A stretch of DNA of 53,888 nucleotides from Methanobacteriota archaeon (GTDB lineage Archaea > Halobacteriota > Methanomicrobia > Methanomicrobiales > Methanospirillaceae): contig JAKPPV010000043.1 in NCBI GenBank assembly GCA_029547145.1, positions 1 to 53,888 on the forward strand, given 5' to 3'. This document shows positions 1 through 9,586 of this stretch, one piece after another. How positions within the stretch are numbered: position 1 is the stretch's first letter; every line of letters begins with the position of its first letter. Both the position numbers and the translations under genes were made by a program. The notes under the pieces are model-generated. The model saw nothing but the letters and a program-made list of their open reading frames with translations, was not told the origin of the DNA and did no database searches.

Positions 1-140
1 CCGTCGTCTTCCGACGGCCCGGCGTGTACCCGGTCACCCTCACCGTCCGCAACCCGTACGGCTGGTCCTCGATCGCAACGAACGTCACCGTCACCGGGGC
101 GGCGGGTGCCGCCGGACGGGCGATCAGCGTCGTCGGGTAG
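1..140 (+). CDS. C-terminal fragment of a secreted PKD-domain protein (5' partial, frame 3, stop TAG 138-140)
   Basis: Translation ...GVYPVTLTVRNPYGWSSIATNVTVTGAAGAAGRAISVVG* matches the C-terminal PKD module of the two PKD proteins at 9587-14032. Confidence 0.5.
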   Translation, partial: VVFRRPGVYPVTLTVRNPYGWSSIATNVTVTGAAGAAGRAISVVG

Positions 141-179
141 CACCGCGATCCCGCCTGTCGAATCCCCTCCCGCTCACGG

Positions 180-205
180 GAACCGGGGGGGGGGGTCCTC
201 TTTTT
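180..205 (+). terminator. G11 homopolymer followed by T-rich tract (tcctctttttctcc); candidate archaeal oligo-T terminator in a convergent intergenic region
   Basis: Seen directly: ccggggggggggg then tctttttct. Lies between convergent gene ends at 140 and 448. Confidence 0.3.
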
Positions 206-447
206 CTCCGCAGGGACCCGTCCGGGAACCGGAGCCCGGCCCCGTGCCGGTGGCGCCGCAGTGCAGGCGGTACCGGGTGCGGGCGGGATGGTTCCCCTCC
301 AACCCCCACGGGCCCGCAGCGGACACCGGCATCCCCACCGGGCGGAGAGCCCGCCCGGTGACCGCCCGGCACGGACGCACCGCAGGGCGACGGGACGGGG
401 CGTGGGTGTGAACGAGGTGATCTGGCCCGCACCCGCCAGGAAGGCCC

Positions 448-1518
448 CTAGACCGGGTCCATCCGCGTCCAGTTCCCCGTCAGGTGCTCGTTCGGGTTAT
501 AGCCGTAGCTGTCCGTGAGGATCCGCTCGCCGAGCGCGTTCGTCCAGGCGGCCACGTGCCCGCCCTCGAGCTCGACCGTCCGCTCCTGGTAGGGGTCGTA
601 GTAGGTCTCCACGCCGCGGATCGCCTGGCTGAACTCGTCCGCCGCACGGTCCTGGGCCGCGGACGCCGCACGGTACGACTCCTGGAGCGCATCGAACGCC
701 CGGGAGGACTCCTGCCAGCTGCGCGTCCGCGCCTCCATCACCTGGTCCGCCATCTGGCTCCACCGCCGGCTGAAGGCCCCGATCTGCTGGATCCTCTGGG
801 TCTGCTGCTGGTAGAGCCCCGTCATCGTCTGCTCCACCTGCTGGAGCCAGGCGGGGTTCAGCCGTATCGAGGACTTCATCATCCGGAAGAGGTTCATGTT
901 CGCGTCGAGCTCCCCCTCCCGCGCCCTGACGCCGAAGGCGCTCAGGGTGCAGATCACCATCCCGGTCCCCGGCACCTGGATCACCTCCAGGCCTCCGTAG
1001 ATCTCCTCCTCGATCACCGCCTCCCCGACCGTGTAGGTGATCCGCACCTTTCCGAAGCGCACCGGGGTCCGCGGCGGGTTCGCCGGGTCGTACAGCATCG
1101 GTTCCGTCGGCGGCAGCGGGCCCCTCCCGGTGATCCGGACCCCCTGCACCCGTCCCCGGTAGGCGGGGAGGATCGTGTCCACGATCGCCTGGTCCGCCTC
1201 GACCGGTTCGTGGACCTTCGTGCTCGGCGTCTCCCAGGTCTTCAGGTGCATGCGGGCGAACGGGTCCGTGTTCCACATGTACTTGTGAACCGGGAACCCC
1301 TCCACCGCCCGCAGGCCATCGGGGCTGACGACGGCGAAGTTCGAGTAGACGGGCATGTGGATGTCGTTCACCCAGGTGATCCCGCCGTAGCAGGTCCAGT
1401 CGTCCGGGATCACCATGCGGAAGGCCTCGATGTTGAAACCGGCCCGGTCGATGCACTTGATCTGGCGATATCCTCCCATCGGGTATACCCTCGAAGAGAG
1501 GGTGAGGGGATCGCCCAT
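448..1518 (-). CDS. Hypothetical protein with an uncharacterised conserved N-terminal domain and a Q-rich / coiled-coil-like C-terminus; paralog of the 4061-5302 gene
   Basis: 356-aa ORF. Residues IKCIDRAGFNIEAFRMVIPDDWTCYGGITW...NFAVVSPDGLRAVEGFP align with IRCVDAAGPGTEVFQLTVPEGWVFYGGMEW...NFAVASPDGRVAVQFFP of the divergent gene. No recognisable family. Confidence 0.6.
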   Translation of the reverse strand: MGDPLTLSSRVYPMGGYRQIKCIDRAGFNIEAFRMVIPDDWTCYGGITWVNDIHMPVYSNFAVVSPDGLRAVEGFPVHKYMWNTDPFARMHLKTWETPSTKVHEPVEADQAIVDTILPAYRGRVQGVRITGRGPLPPTEPMLYDPANPPRTPVRFGKVRITYTVGEAVIEEEIYGGLEVIQVPGTGMVICTLSAFGVRAREGELDANMNLFRMMKSSIRLNPAWLQQVEQTMTGLYQQQTQRIQQIGAFSRRWSQMADQVMEARTRSWQESSRAFDALQESYRAASAAQDRAADEFSQAIRGVETYYDPYQERTVELEGGHVAAWTNALGERILTDSYGYNPNEHLTGNWTRMDPV

Positions 1519-1575
1519 AAAGGTGATGATCCCGCCGGCGGGCAGGATGCGGGGGGTATCCGGGGGTCTTCCAGC

Positions 1576-2694
1576 TCACGTCCCGCCGCGGTGATCGGCG
1601 CCGATGCGCGTGCCGCAGAACGGGCAGAAGACCGATCCGGGGTCGATCCCCTCCCCGCACGACGGGCAGGACGCACCCACCGGGGTCCCGCAGGAGGGAC
1701 AGAACCGCGCCGCCTCCGGCAGGGCAGCGCGGCAGCGCCCGCACCGCCGGTCGGCCGCGGGCGGGACCGGGCCGCCCCCGGCATCGGCGCCCTGCCGCAT
1801 CCCCGCCGCCATCGCCTGGCCGATCGCGAACCCGGCCCCCGCCCCCGCCCCGAGACCCGCGAGGGAGGCGCCGTTCCCGCCGAGGGCCGCCCCCGCGCCG
1901 GCGCCCTCGATCGCCTTCCCGGTCGCGTACTGGAGGTAGTTCACGCCGAGGGTCGCCATCGCCCCCCGCTTGTCGACCGCCTCCTGCACCTCCTCCGGCA
2001 GGTTGATGTTCAGGCCGGCGATCCGGGTGACCGCGAGACCGTAGGGGGCGACGTCGCGGTTCAGCCGGGCTAGCACCAGCTGCTCGATCTCCTGGAGGTG
2101 CGCGGGCATCTCGAGGACCCCCAGCCCCTTCTGGTCCTTCAGCTCGCCCAGGGTGTCGTTGATCACCAGGACGAGCTGGTCGCGCAGCCACCGGACGATC
2201 TCCTCCGAACGGGTGATCCCGCGGGTCCCGACGAACTGCGTGATCAACAGGACCGGGTCCGTGACCCGGTAGGCGAACTGGCCGAAGGCCCGGAGCCTGA
2301 CCAGGCCGAAGTCCCGGTCGCGGAAGACGAGGGGCTCGGCGGTGCCGAAGTTCGCCCGGAACTCCCGGCGCTGGACCCAGTAGACCTCACCGATCTGGAC
2401 GATCCCCGTCACCGTCTTCGCCAGGGTGCCGAGGAGCGGGACGGTCTCCGTGGTGAGGGCGTAGCGGTCCGCCCGGTCGAAGAGGTGCAGGACCTTCCCG
2501 TCGCGGAGGAAGAGCGCCATCTCGTCCTCCCGGACCAGGATGTTGTCGTTCAGGCGGATGTTCCGGGGGAGCCGGAAGATCACGTTCTCTCCCTTGTCAC
2601 GGTCCTGCCAGTAGAAGGTCTGGCGGGCGTCCCCCCCTTCCAGGTCCCCGCCCGGGGAGGGGCCGCCGGGGGGATCGAACAGGCCGGGGGTCAT
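1576..2694 (-). CDS. SPFH/band-7 (Band_7_1-like, YdjI-type) domain protein with a Gly/Ala-rich linker and a C-terminal double zinc ribbon
   Basis: 372 aa. N-terminal 250 aa look like a stomatin/flotillin-type SPFH fold with no N-terminal TM helix. C-terminus has CGRC..CPSCG and CPSCG..CPFCG ribbons. Its ATG overlaps the stop of the upstream gene (ATGA at 2691-2694). Confidence 0.65.
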   Translation of the reverse strand: MTPGLFDPPGGPSPGGDLEGGDARQTFYWQDRDKGENVIFRLPRNIRLNDNILVREDEMALFLRDGKVLHLFDRADRYALTTETVPLLGTLAKTVTGIVQIGEVYWVQRREFRANFGTAEPLVFRDRDFGLVRLRAFGQFAYRVTDPVLLITQFVGTRGITRSEEIVRWLRDQLVLVINDTLGELKDQKGLGVLEMPAHLQEIEQLVLARLNRDVAPYGLAVTRIAGLNINLPEEVQEAVDKRGAMATLGVNYLQYATGKAIEGAGAGAALGGNGASLAGLGAGAGAGFAIGQAMAAGMRQGADAGGGPVPPAADRRCGRCRAALPEAARFCPSCGTPVGASCPSCGEGIDPGSVFCPFCGTRIGADHRGGT

Positions 2695-3338
2695 CGGAAC
2701 ACCCCGATCCCCGCCATCGCCTCCCTCCTCTCCACGACGAGACGCCGGACCTCTCCCAGGCCCTCCGCGACCCGCCGGCAGGCCCCGGCGAGCCCCGGTC
2801 CGTCGTCCGTCCGGGCGGCGGTCCGGGCGAGGTCGGCGGTCCGCTCCACGCCCTCCACCGCACCGATCAGGGAGGAGTCGTAGTCGTAGAGGCGGCGGAG
2901 GGCCGGTCCATCGATCGTGTAGGCGGCACAGATGCCGCTGTACCCCTGCTCCGCGTGGCGGATGCTCCCCATGACACCCTGCGCCTCCCCGAGGAGCACC
3001 CCGACCTCCCGGACGCCGGCAAGGTCGAGCCGTTCGGCCGCCGACGCGCGGGCCTCCTCGAGGGCGGGCAGGACGAACCGGGCGAAGCGGTCGGCGAGCT
3101 CCGACCGGAGGAGGGCATCGGCGATCCGGAGGTCCTCGGCATCACGGTATTCGCGCCAGCCCGGTATGCTCGCCTGGATCCGCTTGATCAGCCCCCGGTC
3201 GTCCAGGACCCGTTCGCGGAGATCGACGCGTGGCCCGGTATCGTCCCGGACGGCGACCGCGTCACGCCCCCCGCAGGCCGGACAGTCCGCGCTCCCCTCC
3301 GCGAGCGGAGCACCGCATCTCGGGCATTTCGCCATCAT
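2691..3338 (-). CDS. N-terminal zinc-ribbon protein with a C-terminal domain of unknown function (possibly YdjG/DUF4178-like)
   Basis: 215 aa beginning MMAKCPRCGAPLAEGSADCPACGG (C4 ribbon). Translationally coupled to the SPFH gene. Confidence 0.55.
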   Translation of the reverse strand: MMAKCPRCGAPLAEGSADCPACGGRDAVAVRDDTGPRVDLRERVLDDRGLIKRIQASIPGWREYRDAEDLRIADALLRSELADRFARFVLPALEEARASAAERLDLAGVREVGVLLGEAQGVMGSIRHAEQGYSGICAAYTIDGPALRRLYDYDSSLIGAVEGVERTADLARTAARTDDGPGLAGACRRVAEGLGEVRRLVVERREAMAGIGVFR

Positions 3339-3390
3339 CCTGAGCCTCTTCTTCCTCGTATTCCGGCTGACCCGAAGAACCCTTCGTTCC

Positions 3391-3975
3391 CTACCGCAGC
3401 GGGGCGCCGCAGCTCTGACAGGTGGTCCGGGTGATGTCGACCAGGCTTCCGCAGTACTGGCACGGGATCCGGACGACCTCGCGGACGATCACCCGCTCGC
3501 CGGTCAGGGCACCGGGGAGCGGATCGCCGGGGCCGACGTCCTCGAAGCAGGAGGTGACCTGCGTGGGACCCACCGTCTCCGCCCGCCCCGGCGGGGCCGT
3601 CCCGGCGTACGCCTCCCTCGCCTCGTCATACCGCCCGCAGGCCTCCAGGACGGCCCCGAGGGCCTGGTGCAGCTCCCGGTTCCCGGGAGCGGACGCGATC
3701 GCGGTACGCAGGACCTCGATCGCCTGGTCCCACCGCCCGATCGCAGAGAGGGCCCGGGCCTTCTGCAGTACGACCGCGCCATCCGCGGGATCGATGCCGA
3801 GCGCGGCGTCGAACTCCCGGAGGGCGCCGATGGGATCGTTGCAGGAGAGCAGGTACGTCCCCACCTGGAGGTGCAGCTCCTTGCCGATCCGATCGAGCAG
3901 ACCGAGGTCCTTCTCCGGCATGCGACCACCCGGGGGAGGGCACCCCCCGTATCCGAGCGTGGGATGGTCCATCAC
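3391..3975 (-). CDS. TPR-repeat protein with a C-terminal zinc ribbon
   Basis: 194 aa. TPR-like helical repeats (ALGIDPADGAVVLQKARALSAIGRWDQAIEVLRTAI..., HQALGAVLEACGRYDEAREAY) and C-terminal CQYCGSLV...CQSCGAPL. First gene of the minus-strand cluster. Confidence 0.55.
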   Translation of the reverse strand: MMDHPTLGYGGCPPPGGRMPEKDLGLLDRIGKELHLQVGTYLLSCNDPIGALREFDAALGIDPADGAVVLQKARALSAIGRWDQAIEVLRTAIASAPGNRELHQALGAVLEACGRYDEAREAYAGTAPPGRAETVGPTQVTSCFEDVGPGDPLPGALTGERVIVREVVRIPCQYCGSLVDITRTTCQSCGAPLR

Positions 3976-4060
3976 CTAAACCTTCTCATGCGGAACCGGC
4001 CCCGGGCCCGGGTCCCTGCGGATCGTCACCTTTATCTGTGGTCCGCCTGATGGCATCCCC

Positions 4061-5302
4061 ATGCAGGGGTCATCCGTCATCCGGTGCGTCGACGCGGCAG
4101 GACCGGGAACCGAGGTCTTCCAGCTCACGGTCCCGGAGGGCTGGGTCTTCTACGGCGGGATGGAGTGGTCCGGCGACCCGTCCTTTCCCGTCCAGGCGAA
4201 CTTCGCCGTCGCGAGCCCGGACGGCAGGGTTGCGGTCCAGTTCTTTCCCGACCACGCGTCGGCATGGAACGACGACGAGGGGGTGCGCCGGTCCATGCCC
4301 GCGACGGAGTTCGTCCGTGTCGCACCCCCTCCCACGCCGGAGGAGGCCCTGCGGGAGTGGGTCGTCCGGCGCTACCGGCAGGCCGTCGGGCCGCTCGAGT
4401 TCCTGACCGTGCCGGGGGTGCCGGACCCCCGGATCCCGGCCGTCCCTCCGGACGTCCAGGAGGCCGCCGGGTTCTCGCTCCCCCCGGTGCCGGTGACGGG
4501 GAGGGTCCGGGTCCGCTACCAGCTCCGGGGAACGCCGATGGAGGAGGAGTTCTGGGGCCAGCTCACGGTGAACCGGGTCCCGCCCTCCCCCGGGATGCCG
4601 TTCCCGTATACCTACTCCGTGCTGAGCGGGACGTGCTCATACCGGGCCCCGGCCGGCGAGCTGGACTCCCGCCTGGGCATGCTCTTCGGGATCCAGGGCA
4701 GTTACCGGCCCAACCGGGAGTACTTCGAGTCTCTCGGGCGCCTCTTTTTCCCGGACCCCGCACTCGTCCAGGGGGAGAGGGACCCGGCGCGGGCGCAGGC
4801 GACCCTCCAGCAGCACCGGAACGTCGCCATGCAGAAGATCGCCGAGAACAGGAACCGGTGGGCCGCGCTCGTGGGCAGGGCCGGGCAGGGGGGTCCGTCC
4901 GGTCCCGATCCGCTCGTCGCGCTCCTGGGATACCCGCCGGAGGGGCGACTCCTGGGCACGGTGGCCGGTCTGGTTCCGCCCCCCGGGCCGGGCCCGTATG
5001 CGCCCGGCGAACCGGCGGGTCGGACTGCGCCCCCGCCGTCACCGGCGGTTCGCAGGTACTGCCCTGCCTGCGGGAGGGAGGGAACGCCCGGGGCGAACTT
5101 CTGCACGCACTGTGGCACCCGCCTGGCGGAGGCGACGGGACCGGAGGTCCCCGTCCCACCGCAGGGTCCGCCGGTCATCTGGCCGCGATCGCCGGGGGTG
5201 ACGGGCGGTCCGCCTGACGACCTTCCGGTGATCTGCCCCCACTGCAAGGCCCCGATGCCCCCCGGGAGTTCGACCTGCCGGGCCTGCGGTTCCCCGCTCT
5301 GA
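4061..5302 (+). CDS. Paralog of the 448-1518 protein fused to a Pro-rich linker and a C-terminal double zinc ribbon
   Basis: 413 aa. N-terminal ~270 aa are homologous to the 448-1518 product. C-terminus carries CPACG..CTHCG and CPHCK..CRACG. Divergent from the TPR gene. Confidence 0.6.
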   Translation: MQGSSVIRCVDAAGPGTEVFQLTVPEGWVFYGGMEWSGDPSFPVQANFAVASPDGRVAVQFFPDHASAWNDDEGVRRSMPATEFVRVAPPPTPEEALREWVVRRYRQAVGPLEFLTVPGVPDPRIPAVPPDVQEAAGFSLPPVPVTGRVRVRYQLRGTPMEEEFWGQLTVNRVPPSPGMPFPYTYSVLSGTCSYRAPAGELDSRLGMLFGIQGSYRPNREYFESLGRLFFPDPALVQGERDPARAQATLQQHRNVAMQKIAENRNRWAALVGRAGQGGPSGPDPLVALLGYPPEGRLLGTVAGLVPPPGPGPYAPGEPAGRTAPPPSPAVRRYCPACGREGTPGANFCTHCGTRLAEATGPEVPVPPQGPPVIWPRSPGVTGGPPDDLPVICPHCKAPMPPGSSTCRACGSPL

Positions 5303-5328
5303 CCCCGGCACCGGGAAGAGATCCGGGT

Positions 5329-7569
5329 TCACGCCGCCGGGGCGGGGGGCAGGGTGAAGAAGAAGGTCGCACCCTCGTCCGGGCGGGACGTCGCCCAGAT
5401 CCTGCCACCGTGCCGCCGGATGATCCGGGCCACCGTGGCGAGGCCGATCCCGGACCCCTCGAACAGGTCCGCCCGGTGCAGACGCCGGAACGGGACGAAG
5501 ACCGACTCCGCATCCGTCGCCTCAAACCCGACGCCGTTGTCCCGGACATAATAGACCGTCTCCCCGCCGCCGGGAAGCGTGCCGATCTCGACCCGGGGGT
5601 CCTCCCGGTACCGGGAGAACTTCAAGGCGTTGCCGACCAGGTTGACAAAGACCTGCCTGAGCATCGCGCGGTCGGCAGAGCACCCCGGCAGGGCCCCGAT
5701 CGTGAACCTGGTCCGCCGTTCGGGGTCCTGTTCGAGCTCCGCCGAGACGACCTCCTGCACCAGCGACGCCGCGTCGATCTCTTCCCGGACGAGTGCCTGC
5801 CGGTCCAGCCGGGAGAGGGTGAGCAGGCCGTCGATGAGTGCGCTCATCTGCCGGATCGTCCGGTGGATCCCGTCCAGGTACCGCCGGCCCGTCTCATCCA
5901 ACAGGGGACCGGCCGCCATCTCCAGGAGCGACGAGTAGCCGTCGATCGCCCGGAGCGGGGACCGGAGGTCGTGGGAGACCGAGTACGTGAACGCCTCCAG
6001 GTCGGCGGTCCGCTGCGCCACCCGGTCCTCCAGCCCGGCGTTCAGGAGGCGGACCTCCTCCTCGATCCGCTTCCGCTCGCTGATATCGGTGAAGCTCCCG
6101 CGCGTCCCGACGATGGTGCCGTCTTCGGTCCGCGGCGCGATCTGGACGAGCATGGCGAAGGTGGAACCGTCCCGCCGGAGGCCCGTGTTCTCCGAACCGT
6201 GGTGCACCTCTCCCGTTAAGACCGCGCCGAACAGCCGCTCCGCGCGAGCGCGCTCTTCGGGCGAGATCATGGAGAAGATGGAGAGACCACGTTCGAGTTC
6301 CTCGCTGTCGACCCCGACGGAATCCAGCGCCGCGGGGTTCGCAAAGGTCACGGTGCCCGAACGGTCGGTCTCGAAGACGGCCTGGGGGAGCAGGCGGACC
6401 GTGTCGGCGAACCGCTGCTCGGAGGCCTCGCGCCTCCGGATCTGTTCCTTCAGCTGGTCGACCATCATCCCGGTCCTGACCGCGAGGCGGGAGAGCTCGG
6501 CACCGCCGGCGGGCCGGATCGGGTGGTCGAGGTCGCCGCCGGCGACGGCGTCGATGTCGGCGGCGATCTGCTCGATCGGGCGCGAGAGCCGGCGCGAGAC
6601 CATGACCGCGAGGAGCCCGCCGGAGAACAGGACGAGCAGGGCGGCGAACCCGTGAACCAGCCCGAGCCGCTCCACCTCGCCGGCGAGCCGGGTATCGTTG
6701 TACGTGAGCTTCGCGAAGATGCTCATGTCCGAGGAGTAGTCCTGGTCGCGCATGTCGACCGGTAACCACACGACCGTCCTGCCCGCGGCGGGGTCGGTCG
6801 CCACCTGCCGGGACCGGTTCGTCCAGAGCAGGAGGTCGAGCATGGCGTCCTCCTCCGGGGTCGGAACGTACGAGGCGTTGTGGATCAGCCGCTTCTGTTT
6901 CTGGAAGAGCAGCACCTCGTCGAGGTACGGGTTGAACGCCCGGAGCTCGTCGACGACATCGTAGTAGTCGAGTTGCCTGCGCTCGACCTCGAACAGCTCG
7001 GACTCAAGCCCGAGTTCCATCACGAAGCGGTGGTCGGGCGTCGGCATGTAGCCGTACTTCGTCATCCTCCCGGTCGTCCAGTCCTTGACGACCCGGTCGG
7101 GGAAGAACCCCGAGGAATTGCGGATCGTGTTGAAATACCCGACGATGTCGGGGTAGATCACCCGAAAGTCCAGGTTGAGGTCCTTCGGCTTGGACGTGTA
7201 CTGGACAACGCAGCTGTCGTTGATCACGAAGACGTCCATCCCACCGGTCCGCTGCTTCAGGGCATCCAGGTCCATCCGTGCCGGGTCGCCCCCGGCACGC
7301 TGGTATTCGGCCATCACGGTCCCGAAGGCGTCCTCCATCTGCCTGTTGAACGTGCGGTCGTAGAGTTTCAGGCTGGTGTCGATCATCCGGAACGAGGTGT
7401 TGATCTGCGACTCCGTGAACCCCTGGAGCCGCTCCGCATTCGATACGAGCGTGCTCCTCGAGTTCTCGTAGCTGGACCAGATACCGCCGATGACGAGCAC
7501 GGCGATGATCACGAAGAGTACCGCCATCAGCAGATACGAGAATGGAACCTCACGATCGTACCCCGGCAT
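5329..7569 (-). CDS. Membrane sensor histidine kinase (TM, ~290-aa extracytoplasmic sensor domain, TM, HAMP, PAS, HisKA, HATPase_c)
   Basis: 746 aa. N-terminal TM (LLMAVLFVIIAVLVIGGIW) and a second TM (FAALLVLFSGGLLAVMV). PAS region. H-box SHDLRSPL. C-terminal ATPase motifs (DNGVGF, GSGIGLA). Confidence 0.8.
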   Translation of the reverse strand: MPGYDREVPFSYLLMAVLFVIIAVLVIGGIWSSYENSRSTLVSNAERLQGFTESQINTSFRMIDTSLKLYDRTFNRQMEDAFGTVMAEYQRAGGDPARMDLDALKQRTGGMDVFVINDSCVVQYTSKPKDLNLDFRVIYPDIVGYFNTIRNSSGFFPDRVVKDWTTGRMTKYGYMPTPDHRFVMELGLESELFEVERRQLDYYDVVDELRAFNPYLDEVLLFQKQKRLIHNASYVPTPEEDAMLDLLLWTNRSRQVATDPAAGRTVVWLPVDMRDQDYSSDMSIFAKLTYNDTRLAGEVERLGLVHGFAALLVLFSGGLLAVMVSRRLSRPIEQIAADIDAVAGGDLDHPIRPAGGAELSRLAVRTGMMVDQLKEQIRRREASEQRFADTVRLLPQAVFETDRSGTVTFANPAALDSVGVDSEELERGLSIFSMISPEERARAERLFGAVLTGEVHHGSENTGLRRDGSTFAMLVQIAPRTEDGTIVGTRGSFTDISERKRIEEEVRLLNAGLEDRVAQRTADLEAFTYSVSHDLRSPLRAIDGYSSLLEMAAGPLLDETGRRYLDGIHRTIRQMSALIDGLLTLSRLDRQALVREEIDAASLVQEVVSAELEQDPERRTRFTIGALPGCSADRAMLRQVFVNLVGNALKFSRYREDPRVEIGTLPGGGETVYYVRDNGVGFEATDAESVFVPFRRLHRADLFEGSGIGLATVARIIRRHGGRIWATSRPDEGATFFFTLPPAPAA

Positions 7570-7654
7570 CCGCCACCTCCGCAGGATACGGGGAACAGGG
7601 GGCTTGGAATATATGAATGATTCTATAGTATTCTGGGTCGGGGCGTCGGTCCGC

Positions 7655-9007
7655 TCACCCCCGCTCTCCCGTCCCGCACCGCTCCACCGTCAGCCCGCCC
7701 GGGTCCACCGTCCCCCTCGACGGCGGGTGGATCTCGACGACCTCCCCCGGGTGGTCGGTGACGACCGCGATCCGGTTGCCGGCCATCGCGTACCCCCGCG
7801 CCCGGTAGCGCTCGAGCTCCGCGGCGTGCGCCGGCGCGTCCACGTACTCCAGCCGCTCCGTGCACCCGAGCAGCACGGGCCGGCCCGTGCCGGCGAAGCG
7901 TCGGATCGTGATCCCCACGTCGGCGTTGTTCCCGACCATCTGCAGCGCCCGGCGCGTCGCCCCGGTGGAGACGAAACCCTCGACCCGCGCCCGGTCCCCG
8001 CCGTACTCGATCACGAGCGAGTATGCCGAGCCCGTGTCCGAACAGTCTATCAGGGTCAGCCCGCCGGGCTCCTGGTTCTTGCAGAGGAAGCCGGCCTTCC
8101 GGCACCGCTCCGCGTGGCAGTCCACGAGACGGGCGGACTGCACGTAGAACCCGGACTGGTAGAGCTCCGCCGGCACCGTCCCCGAGCGCTGCCCGCAGGC
8201 GACCGCCCGGCACCGCTCGAAGAGGACATCCACGGCCCGCTGCCGGTGCCCGTTCCACGAGCCGTCCAGGTGGAACCCGTCCTGCCAGCAGTCGACCGCC
8301 TGGCAGTCCCGGACGGTCATCCGCTCGATGTCCCCCGCGTCCGGGATGTCGAAGCCGCAGGACCAGTCCCGGACGCCCGGCACCCCGTTCCTCCCCTCGA
8401 ACCCCGAGCCGGCACGGATCGCGTGGCACTGGTCGAAGAGGAGATCGGCGAACCCGCCGCCCTCGCTCGCACCGGCAAGGTTCATCGAGAAGCCGTGGTG
8501 GTAACTCATCTTTGCCGTGCACCTCCGGAACGTGAGGTTCCGCAGGGTCCGGCCCCGCCGCCCCCAGACCATGAAGGCCGCCGTGCACCCGCCCTTCCGT
8601 CCGAACGGCAGGAATGTCCGGCCGTCACTCGAGTGCGTGATGTAGACGTCCACGGCGGTGAACCGGTCCGCGCGGCACTCCAGCCCGACGTACCCGAACC
8701 CGCCCAGGTTCGCGATCGTCACCCCCGGCGCGTCCACCGCGATCCGGCACGGCTCCTGCCCCGCCACCAGCCGGGTGAGGCCGGGGCCGGCCCCCCGTAC
8801 CGTCACCCCCTCCGCCGGCCGGAGGTACCGGTTCTTGGCCGCGTTCAACCCGGCGTTTCCGTCGAAGGTTCCCGCCGTCAGGACGACCTCCCGGTCCGGC
8901 ACGGCGAGCGCCCGTGCGAGCACGGCGACATCGTCCCTCCCCGAGCAGACGACGTCCGCGCCGGCACGGTCCGCCGGCGCGGCGTCGCGGGCGGCGACGA
9001 CGATCAC
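7655..9007 (-). CDS. Cys-rich protein of unknown function, possibly a parallel beta-helix repeat protein
   Basis: 450-aa ORF with coding-like composition. Repetitive VxDC/CxxxGF segments suggest a right-handed beta-helix. No signal peptide evident. Low functional certainty. Confidence 0.45.
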   Translation of the reverse strand: MIVVAARDAAPADRAGADVVCSGRDDVAVLARALAVPDREVVLTAGTFDGNAGLNAAKNRYLRPAEGVTVRGAGPGLTRLVAGQEPCRIAVDAPGVTIANLGGFGYVGLECRADRFTAVDVYITHSSDGRTFLPFGRKGGCTAAFMVWGRRGRTLRNLTFRRCTAKMSYHHGFSMNLAGASEGGGFADLLFDQCHAIRAGSGFEGRNGVPGVRDWSCGFDIPDAGDIERMTVRDCQAVDCWQDGFHLDGSWNGHRQRAVDVLFERCRAVACGQRSGTVPAELYQSGFYVQSARLVDCHAERCRKAGFLCKNQEPGGLTLIDCSDTGSAYSLVIEYGGDRARVEGFVSTGATRRALQMVGNNADVGITIRRFAGTGRPVLLGCTERLEYVDAPAHAAELERYRARGYAMAGNRIAVVTDHPGEVVEIHPPSRGTVDPGGLTVERCGTGERG

Positions 9008-9273
9008 GGCTCCTCCCGGCGGAGCAGATCCCCGCCCAGGTCGGCGACCCGCGAGAAGAACCGGTCGACCATGCGGGCGATCTCCCGCGCCTCCGCGTCC
9101 GTGATCTCCCCGTCCTCCACGGCCTCCCGCCAGGCGGAGACCTCCGCGGCGAAGGCCCGGACCACCCCGGCGAGGGCGGCGGCCTGCCTCGAGCCGAGCC
9201 CGGCACCGAGCCGGAACGCGGCGGCGAGGGCGAGCGCGGCGATCGCCCAGTCCGCGTACGGATCAACCTGCAC
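9004..9273 (-). CDS. Small hypothetical protein (89 aa), Ala-rich N-terminal hydrophobic segment, acidic C-terminus
   Basis: Stop overlaps the start of the 7655-9007 gene by 4 nt (coupled). No homology recognised. Confidence 0.35.
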   Translation of the reverse strand: MQVDPYADWAIAALALAAAFRLGAGLGSRQAAALAGVVRAFAAEVSAWREAVEDGEITDAEAREIARMVDRFFSRVADLGGDLLRREEP

Positions 9274-9586
9274 GACGAGCCCCCCGCTCGCGATGAAAGA
9301 GGCCGGCGAAGAGGCCGGCCCTCCCAGGTTCCATCATCTCCATCTCCTCCAGGTCCCCCTCTCCCGCCAGGGAGGGTGGGGCGGCGCGGGCAAAGAGCGG
9401 CTGCCGGACGGTCCCCCGGAGGCGGTGACGGCGTGGAACCGGGAGACCGGGTCCGCCGGCGGGTCGGAAAACGGTCGGGTCCGTCCCCGGCGCCGGGACG
9501 GGAATCCGGCTCTGTTGCCCGCACGAAACCGCCATCCGGGCGGGGATCGGCGGTCCTTCGGCCGGGCATGCCGTCGGACGGGGCGG

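Noticed and set aside
497-2191. 564-aa minus-strand ORF and 484..2073 + ORF
   Set aside because: Alternative frames overlapping the real genes at 448-1518 and 1576-2694. Products are Arg/Gly/Pro low-complexity.
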